Assembly: GCA_022614805.1 (NCBI GenBank)
Contig: JAKEHY010000002.1
Span: forward strand, 4,726-68,725
Length of the DNA stretch: 64,000 nucleotides
Reading direction: 5' to 3'
DNA from: Candidatus Zixiibacteriota bacterium
Lineage (GTDB): Bacteria > Zixibacteria > MSB-5A5 > DSPP01
The position numbers and the translations under genes are program-made. Positions 58,241-64,000 of this stretch are shown here, piece after piece (the first letter of the stretch is position 1; each line of letters opens with the position of its first letter). The notes beneath the pieces are model-generated. The model had not been told where the DNA came from. It searched no databases and saw only the letters and a program-made list of their open reading frames with translations.

Positions 58241-58972
58241 TCATCTGACTTGCTTCGACAATTCCGGAGCCGGCGTCGCCTGGAGCCCATCCATTTCTGT
58301 TGTTTGTATTTGGCCTTGGCTCTGCTTCAGCCACTCCGGGGTGGGCGTCGCCAATAGCTGCAACTCCCAAGCGAAAGCGACCCCGCTGCCACCGCCGTGC
58401 TGCGACAATACCTCGGCAAGAGCCATTGCCGTCTCCTGTCGGGCCCAGTCACGCTGCCACTCGGCCACCACGACCTGCCAGGTGAGCGGCACCACACCGG
58501 CCTGAACCATACGGCGCACGGCCATTTCGTGCGCCTCTACGGATACGCCGCCCGAGGCGTCGGTGACGATGTAGACCTCATACCCCTCACCCAGCGCTTG
58601 GATTGCCGGCATGGCCAGACAGATCTCGGTATAGAGCGCGGCCATAATCAGTTTTTTTCGGCCGGTCTTCTTCACGGCCTCGACGACGCGGCTGTCTTCC
58701 CAGGTATTGATGAAGGTCCGATTGATCGGCTTCTGCTCCGGGAAGACGTCTTGAAGCCCCTTGATTAAAAGACCACCGCGTTCTTCCAAAACTGTGGTCA
58801 GGATGGTCGGTACGCCGAACACTTTGGCTGTTTTGGCCAGACCGATAACGTTGTTCACGACCATCGTTGGTTCGTGGCTGTGCAAGTTAGCGAACTGGAA
58901 CGGCTGATGGTCGATCAGCAGAAGAACGCTGTCTTTGGGCGTCAAAAGCGCCTGAAGTCCTGTCTTGCTCAT
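58241..58972 (-). CDS. Isochorismatase-family hydrolase (cysteine hydrolase) with ~50-aa C-terminal extension
   Basis: Start trimmed to the ATG at 58972 (AAAGGAGG RBS); LLIDHQ, …LIMAALYTEICL… (catalytic Cys). Confidence 0.7.
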   Translation of the reverse strand: MSKTGLQALLTPKDSVLLLIDHQPFQFANLHSHEPTMVVNNVIGLAKTAKVFGVPTILTTVLEERGGLLIKGLQDVFPEQKPINRTFINTWEDSRVVEAVKKTGRKKLIMAALYTEICLAMPAIQALGEGYEVYIVTDASGGVSVEAHEMAVRRMVQAGVVPLTWQVVVAEWQRDWARQETAMALAEVLSQHGGGSGVAFAWELQLLATPTPEWLKQSQGQIQTTEMDGLQATPAPELSKQVR

Positions 58973-59185
58973 AGTTTTTCCTCCTTTTTGTTGGTTTTGG
59001 TTTAGTTTCATCCTCGCTCACTCGTTTCCCAATAACGGCTATTTCAAAGCGAACGGCCTTGACCTGTGATAAGAAATAAGATTGAACTATATCAAAATAT
59101 TGACAGAACAGAGCGGTGGGAAAGGGGTCAATATGTTAGTAGATAAGGGCTTGCGCTTCAGGGAGGGATTAAGTATATATTTTGT

Positions 59186-59788
59186 ATGCTCTCCAAAAGC
59201 CCGCCTCCGTACGAGGCCTTGCGCTCGTATTTCTCCAATAAAATCGATTTGTCCGAGCAGGAATTTGAGTCCACACGGGCGCTTTTCGTTTTGAAAAAAC
59301 TGAAGAAAGGGCAGTTTTTACTGCATGAAGGAGAAGTGTGCAAATACACTGCTTTTGTCACCCAAGGTTGTCTGCGCGCCTATACCATTGACGACAAGGG
59401 GGAAGAGCACGTGGTGCGGTTTGCGGTCGAGGATTGGTGGATAGAGGACATGCAGAGCTTCCAAACCGGTACGCCGGCTGCATATAACATCGATGCTTTA
59501 GAGGATTCCGAAATATTGTTGCTGGATAAACCATCGGCGGAAAGACTTTTGGCCTTGGGCCCAAAAATTGAACATTTTTTCAATTTTCTGTCGCAAAATG
59601 CCAGGGCGGCCTTGGAGCGGAGAATTGCAGCATTCTTGTCGATGTCGGCGGAAGAGAAATATCTCGACTTGCTCAAAACCTATCCCAATCTTGCCCAGCG
59701 CATCCCCCAGCGCCACATCGCATCCTATTTGGGAATCACGCCGGAGTCTTTGAGCCGCGTTCGCAAAGAGCTTTCCGTGAAAAGATAG
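59186..59788 (+). CDS. Crp/Fnr family transcriptional regulator
   Basis: cNMP-binding beta-roll (…GQFLLHEGEVCKYTAFV…) and C-terminal HTH RIPQRHIASYLGITPESLSRVRKEL (E..SR recognition pattern). Confidence 0.8.
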   Translation: MLSKSPPPYEALRSYFSNKIDLSEQEFESTRALFVLKKLKKGQFLLHEGEVCKYTAFVTQGCLRAYTIDDKGEEHVVRFAVEDWWIEDMQSFQTGTPAAYNIDALEDSEILLLDKPSAERLLALGPKIEHFFNFLSQNARAALERRIAAFLSMSAEEKYLDLLKTYPNLAQRIPQRHIASYLGITPESLSRVRKELSVKR

Positions 59789-59801
59789 CTCCGCTCACCG
59801 A

Positions 59802-60425
59802 CTACTTTGTTTTTTGGGGTTGTGGTGCGGAGCCCAAATCCTGGGGGACGGCGCCGATTTGCTGCAGGAACCCCAACCGGTCGGTCTCAATCCAGCTCTC
59901 GATGATTTTGCCGTCCCGGAAGTTAAAGATGACCATACCGCGGTTGGTGACATTTTTTCCAGTGGCCGCAAATCCCCTGAACGGACCGGTATGGGTTCCC
60001 CGCCAAATCCATCTTACCGCCACCCGGTCCCCCTCCGCAACCAAATCCTCGACCGTCCAGCGGATATCGGGAAACCCCTGCCGGAGCGGCTTAATTGGTT
60101 CGGCAAAGGCGGCTGGGCCTTTTTGACCTGAAACGCCCGTGTAATCTTCGGCGACAAAGTGGTTCAGCAAATCGAACTTCCCCGTATTGAGAACCTCTTC
60201 GTAAAGCTTGAGTACGGCCTCCTTATTTTTCTCCGGTATTTGGGTGCCAGGCATTTTTATTTCCTTTTTTGAATTATCCGCTCGAGCGGAGTTGTTGTCA
60301 GCGAGCTGATTGCCAATCAGCAGCAATGCAACGCTCAATAAAATGCTCGCCATAAATACAAATACCGGTTTCACCTTTTTCCTCCTTTCCCTGTATTCTT
60401 TCCTGTTTTCCGCCCCTGCGGTCAA
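59802..60425 (-). CDS. Membrane-anchored SnoaL-like (NTF2-fold, ester cyclase) domain protein co-transcribed with the ECF sigma factor
   Basis: Short basic N-terminus, one TM helix (VFVFMASILLSVALLLIG), then a SnoaL-like domain (…EAVLKLYEEVLNTGKFDLLNHFVAEDY…GDRVAVRW…); ATGA overlap with the sigma gene. Confidence 0.65.
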   Translation of the reverse strand: MTAGAENRKEYRERRKKVKPVFVFMASILLSVALLLIGNQLADNNSARADNSKKEIKMPGTQIPEKNKEAVLKLYEEVLNTGKFDLLNHFVAEDYTGVSGQKGPAAFAEPIKPLRQGFPDIRWTVEDLVAEGDRVAVRWIWRGTHTGPFRGFAATGKNVTNRGMVIFNFRDGKIIESWIETDRLGFLQQIGAVPQDLGSAPQPQKTK

Positions 60426-61033
60426 TAAGCCCGGCCAAAGCTCGGCGACCGTCCGGCCAATGCCTCCAGATTTTCTCTTTTCGGGCGCAGGTTTTTGGCC
60501 AGCATCATCCGCGCTCGGCTGACCCGGGATTTCACCGTGCCGGAAGGGAGGCCGGTGACTTCGGCCACCTCTTCGTAGGAAAGCTCCTCCACTTCGCGCA
60601 AGAGAAAGGGGGCTTTGTACTTGGCCGGCAATTTTTCAATCTCTTTTTCCAGCCAAAGGCCCAAAGCCGCCCGGAAAGGCTCTGTGGCCGGCTCTTCGCT
60701 CGTTTCCTCAAGGTCTAAAAGCTCCAAAAACTTGACTTTCTTTTTCCGGCGGAGCTGATTCCGGACCAAGTTTAAGGCGATGGTGTATATCCAGGTGGAG
60801 AAGCTGAAGGCCGGGTCAAAGTCGTTTTTGTGCTGAAAAACCCGCAGAAAAGTTTCCTGCACCAAATCCTCCGCCTCTTCGCGGGTGCGGACCATCCGAA
60901 AAACGAAATTGAAAAGCCGGTTTTTGTACCGGTCCACCAACCGGGTGAAAGCTTCCTCGCTGCCCACCCGTATTTCCTGCAGGAGGGCGTAATCTTCGGC
61001 TTTGCGGTCGGCGTCCATTATGGCGGTGGTCAT
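60422..61033 (-). CDS. ECF-type RNA polymerase sigma factor (sigma-24 family)
   Basis: Regions 2 and 4 (…LVQETFLRVF…, …LSYEEVAEVTGLPSGTVKSRVSRAR…). Confidence 0.9.
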   Translation of the reverse strand: MTTAIMDADRKAEDYALLQEIRVGSEEAFTRLVDRYKNRLFNFVFRMVRTREEAEDLVQETFLRVFQHKNDFDPAFSFSTWIYTIALNLVRNQLRRKKKVKFLELLDLEETSEEPATEPFRAALGLWLEKEIEKLPAKYKAPFLLREVEELSYEEVAEVTGLPSGTVKSRVSRARMMLAKNLRPKRENLEALAGRSPSFGRAY

Positions 61034-61159
61034 TTTTACTCCTATCCTTCTTTGGGACTTTTTTGGCCCATCGAATATGGCGGCGCCCCTCTGCTGCGGC
61101 GTCCTTGGTGCTTAGCGGGTAGTTGCCGCAGTACAGAGGGGCGCCATTTTATCCTTTAA

Positions 61160-61759
61160 TCAGAGAGACAGGGTAAGTCCCCCCTGCCAGGCTACGTCAT
61201 GCTGGGTCTTGTCGAACCCGTACTCGTCAAATTTATAGACGAAGTCGCGCCCTTCCGCGCGGAAGCCTATCCGCCCAACGCGGTACTCCAAACCGGCGCC
61301 AAAATTGCCGGCGAACTTGGTCCAGGTTTCGTCGGAACCCAACTGGTGCAGGCTTACAGCCCCGCCCCCCCCTAAAACATAGGGGGTGAAGGTGCCTGTG
61401 CCGGCCTGGATGGGGTAACGCAGGACTACGGCGCCATCATAGTAGAACTTGTTGAACTTTCCCCGGCCGGAAAGACTGGTGGCTCCCCGCAGGCTGTCCT
61501 GCGCCCAGCTTCCGCTGGCCCGCAGACCACCGAAGCGGTGCAGCCAGAGGGTGGCGTCGGCGGAGGCGGCCCAGCCGAGCCGCCAGTCAACCGTCGTGCC
61601 GCTTTGGTTTAAGTCGGACACTCCCCAATGCCCGCCAAAGGCACCTCCAAAAGTGACCCCTTGATACCCAAACGATGATTGGGCGGAAAGCGGCGAAAAC
61701 GTGGCAACAACGATTGCCAGAGCGGCAATCAGAACGGGTAGAATGATTCTCGGTTTCAT
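61160..61759 (-). CDS. Outer-membrane beta-barrel protein (OmpA-like TM domain / OmpW-like small porin)
   Basis: Start trimmed to the ATG at 61759 (GGAGGAG RBS); signal peptide; alternating-hydrophobic strands; C-terminal …GGLTLSL. Confidence 0.6.
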   Translation of the reverse strand: MKPRIILPVLIAALAIVVATFSPLSAQSSFGYQGVTFGGAFGGHWGVSDLNQSGTTVDWRLGWAASADATLWLHRFGGLRASGSWAQDSLRGATSLSGRGKFNKFYYDGAVVLRYPIQAGTGTFTPYVLGGGGAVSLHQLGSDETWTKFAGNFGAGLEYRVGRIGFRAEGRDFVYKFDEYGFDKTQHDVAWQGGLTLSL

Positions 61760-61831
61760 TGCGTTACTCCTCCTTCTTGTAAACGCTGGTTCAATTCTGT
61801 CCTCATTCAACTTCAATTTCGACTTCGGTCG

Positions 61832-62023
61832 TCAATTCAGACCTTTTCCGCCGGGGCCAAAAGCGCTTCCGTTGTCTGTTCTTTCGATGAGGGACGGATA
61901 GCTCCTTAACAGCTCCCAAGCGATGACATCGGGCACTTCCATCGGCTCTTTTTTGATGGTTACATAGCCGATGGGAATGCGGAAAATCGAATCACCCCCC
62001 TCCCCCGTGTATTTCAGCTTCAT
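61832..62023 (-). CDS. Hypothetical small protein (63 aa)
   Basis: ATG at 62023 preceded by AAGGAGGTG RBS; no recognisable family. Confidence 0.4.
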   Translation of the reverse strand: MKLKYTGEGGDSIFRIPIGYVTIKKEPMEVPDVIAWELLRSYPSLIERTDNGSAFGPGGKGLN

Positions 62024-62136
62024 TGATTCACCTCCTTGATGCCCCGCAAATGCGATATCTTGTTCTGCTCTCCAGCTTCCTCTCTGTTTAGGCACTCCCA
62101 TTTCTTCTCCTCTTTTATGGTCATCGCTACAAATAC

Positions 62137-62153
62137 TGACTGACCGTCAGTCA
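62137..62153. promoter_or_regulatory. 17-bp perfect palindrome TGACTGAC-C-GTCAGTCA in an AT-rich intergenic region
   Basis: Perfect 8+1+8 inverted repeat ~115 nt upstream of the minus-strand small gene start; flanked by AT-rich DNA. Confidence 0.35.
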
Positions 62154-62494
62154 TTATTTACATATAAGCATACCTAAAAGTTTCATTTTTTTCAATAAAT
62201 TTTTCGTTAGAGCGTTACTTTTATCGTAACTTATTGATATTCTTAATATTATCAACAAACCAAAACAAATGCTGTACATAGTAGAAACGGATAAGTGCCA
62301 GCTGTTTTGAGCTTCAGCCTGCCACGGTGTATGCTTAAATCGTAATTTGGTCAAATAGGATGGAGCATTAGTCCCGAAAAGGAGAGTAGCGGATGTTTCT
62401 TCGGCTTTCCAATTGACATTTTGCTTTTTGCGGAAATTAACTATAATTTCAAGTGTGGATTTAAACGACCAAAACGGGTGTAAAATGCTCCAAA

Positions 62495-63115
62495 ATGACC
62501 AGCACCGATAAAGCGGAAAAAGAAACCGGACGGATTGAGGCGTTTAGCGACGGGGTCTTTGCCATCGCCATCACCCTTTTGGTCATCGACCTCAAGGTTT
62601 CCCCTCCTTCGGGCTCGGAGGGGCTGGTCTACAAACTATTGGAAGAATGGCCCCGTTTTCTGGCCTTTTTGACCAGCTTTGCCACCATTCTCATCCTCTG
62701 GGTGAACCACCACAATCTTTTCAACCACATCGTTCGCTCCAACACCCTTTTTATGTTTTTGAACGGCTCCCTTTTGTTTTGCGTCACTTTTGTGCCGTTT
62801 CCCACCTCGCTTGTCGCGGAGTATATGGGAGATACGGGGGAGACCACGGCGATGGTGCTGTACTCGGGAACGATGCTGGCAATGGCCTTCGCCTATAATA
62901 TTCTCTGGCGCTACGCCTCCCACAAGCACCGCCTGCTGGCCAAAAGCGTCACGGCGGGGCAGGTGAAAAGCATCAACCGGCAATATTTCGTCGGCCCGGT
63001 GTTTTACGGGCTGGCTTTCATCCTGGCTTTTGCAAACGTGACCGCCAGCTTGATTTTGATTATTTCGCTGGCCGCGTTCTTCGCCATCACCGCTTCCGTT
63101 AGTCGCGAATCGTAG
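62495..63115 (+). CDS. TMEM175/DUF1211 family potassium channel
   Basis: Hallmark RIEAFSDGVFAIAITLLVIDLKV motif on helix 1; six predicted TM helices; TATAAT at ~62440 upstream. Confidence 0.8.
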   Translation: MTSTDKAEKETGRIEAFSDGVFAIAITLLVIDLKVSPPSGSEGLVYKLLEEWPRFLAFLTSFATILILWVNHHNLFNHIVRSNTLFMFLNGSLLFCVTFVPFPTSLVAEYMGDTGETTAMVLYSGTMLAMAFAYNILWRYASHKHRLLAKSVTAGQVKSINRQYFVGPVFYGLAFILAFANVTASLILIISLAAFFAITASVSRES

Positions 63116-63196
63116 CTCTCTTTCCGTACTAAGCGGCACCAAATTTAACTTCTGAAACACCGCAGAACTGCCGATACAAAGGCAAAAGGAGGGTTT

Positions 63197-63697
63197 GTGA
63201 AAAAGTTCCTGATCGCCATCTTTATCCTGGCCGTCGCCGCGGGGCTGCGAGCCCAGACCACCGCTACCAAACCGAGCACCCCCGCCGCTCCGGCTCAAAA
63301 CAAACCGGCCGCAGCCAAAACCGGCGCCACCAAGGCCGCCGACATCAAAACCCTTTTATCCTTGACCCAAGCCGGAGAGCTGGCCGTTTCGATGATGCAG
63401 GAGATGTTAAATTCCTACCGGCAGAGTTTGCCGAAGGTCCCCGATGAATTCTGGCTCAAATTTGCCAAGAAAATCAAAACCGAGGATTTGGTCGAGATGC
63501 TGGTGCCGATTTACGACCGGCATTTGACCCACGCGGACGTGACTTCCTTAATCGAGTTTTTCGAAAGCCCCGTAGGGAAAAAGCTTATTTCCGTTCAGCC
63601 GGCCATAATGAAAGAATCGATGCAGGTCGGGCAGGTCTGGGGGGAAAAGCTGGCCAACGAAGTGACCGCCGAACTGCAAAAACAGGGATACCGGTAG
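63197..63697 (+). CDS. DUF2059-like periplasmic protein
   Basis: Signal peptide; Ala/Pro/Thr-rich linker; C-terminal conserved domain (…LVEMLVPIYDRHLTHADVTSLIEFFESPVGKKL…); GTG start with AGGAGGG RBS. Confidence 0.55.
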   Translation: MKKFLIAIFILAVAAGLRAQTTATKPSTPAAPAQNKPAAAKTGATKAADIKTLLSLTQAGELAVSMMQEMLNSYRQSLPKVPDEFWLKFAKKIKTEDLVEMLVPIYDRHLTHADVTSLIEFFESPVGKKLISVQPAIMKESMQVGQVWGEKLANEVTAELQKQGYR

Positions 63698-63769
63698 AAA
63701 CCACCATCCGGAATAAAGGGGCCGCTTCTCCGCACAGCCGGGGTTGACGGTCTCTTTTTTTGCCTTATT

Positions 63770-63787
63770 ATGTGAATGCGTTCACAA
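63770..63787. promoter_or_regulatory. Rex operator (ATGTGAATGCGTTCACAA) overlapping the rex promoter
   Basis: Matches the TTGTGAA-N4-TTCACAA-type Rex box; -35 TTGACG at 63744-63749 and -10 TATTAT immediately upstream/overlapping. Confidence 0.6.
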
Positions 63788-63801
63788 GAACGTGGAAGCG
63801 T

Positions 63802-64000
63802 ATGCCCAGAAACCGCCGCATATCGGAGTCGACCGTCCGCCGGCTTTCGATTTATTACCGGCTTTTGAGCGGATTGGAAAAAGAGGGAGCGCCGACCGTC
63901 TCCTCCCGCGAGCTGGCGGAAAAGGAAAAACTGACCCCCGCCCAGGTGCGGAAGGATTTATCCTTTTTCGGCAGCTTCGGCACCCGCGGGCTGGGGTATC
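63802..64000 (+). CDS. rex: Redox-sensing transcriptional repressor Rex (N-terminal part; truncated by window edge)
   Basis: [66 protein letters not shown] = Rex winged-helix DNA-binding domain. Confidence 0.85.
   Translation, partial: MPRNRRISESTVRRLSIYYRLLSGLEKEGAPTVSSRELAEKEKLTPAQVRKDLSFFGSFGTRGLGY

Noticed and set aside
61077-61130. Long imperfect hairpin between the OMP gene and the ECF sigma gene as a rho-independent terminator
   Set aside because: There is no U-tract after the stem on the transcribed (minus) strand. More likely a REP-like or regulatory structure, so not called as a terminator.

Overview
This is a ~58-60% GC chromosomal segment that looks like it comes from an uncultivated diderm bacterium (FadL-type and beta-barrel outer-membrane proteins, lipoproteins with lipoboxes). 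Coding density is high, with frequent 1-8 nt start/stop overlaps (ATGA/TTGA coupling).

Housekeeping genes present:
- groES-groEL with a textbook CIRCE operator and sigma70 promoter
- purL, hutU, lepA, prs-rplY, mutY
- rpsF-rpsR-DUF2232-rplI
- apbC, htrA, an rpoD-like sigma factor, initiator tRNA-fMet
- a queD-queE-queC-folE2 preQ0 operon, with queF elsewhere
- a partial rex with its own Rex box

Signal transduction is over-represented: an HK/RR pair, a GAF sensor HK, a REC-GAF-GAF-HK hybrid, a dual-REC regulator, a pseudo-receiver, an ECF sigma with a SnoaL-domain membrane partner, and Crp/Fnr.

Observations worth a second look:
1. An Spt / N-acyltransferase / epimerase-dehydratase trio resembling the bacterial ceramide pathway.
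2. An SbcD-like protein with degenerate catalytic motifs, paired with a Rad50/SbcC-like ATPase whose coiled-coil apex is a transmembrane hairpin instead of a zinc hook.
3. A DUF2892 membrane protein with an in-frame TGA followed by a SECIS-like hairpin (possible selenoprotein).
4. A family of GTAG-headed palindromic REP-like elements: more than 10 copies, including identical 26-mers, a doublet and a cluster.
5. An 18-bp perfect palindrome, TTGTTTCACGTGAAACAA, present in two divergent promoter regions.
6. Two low-GC islands: a TPR protein plus an unknown 178-aa protein, and an SRA-like/HNH putative modification-dependent restriction endonuclease.
7. A carbamoyltransferase operon with SxtK/DUF5989-like and SxtJ-like small membrane proteins plus an SGNH hydrolase.
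8. A secreted SBBP beta-propeller protein with a C-terminal dockerin.

No CRISPR array, rRNA or obvious transposase was seen.
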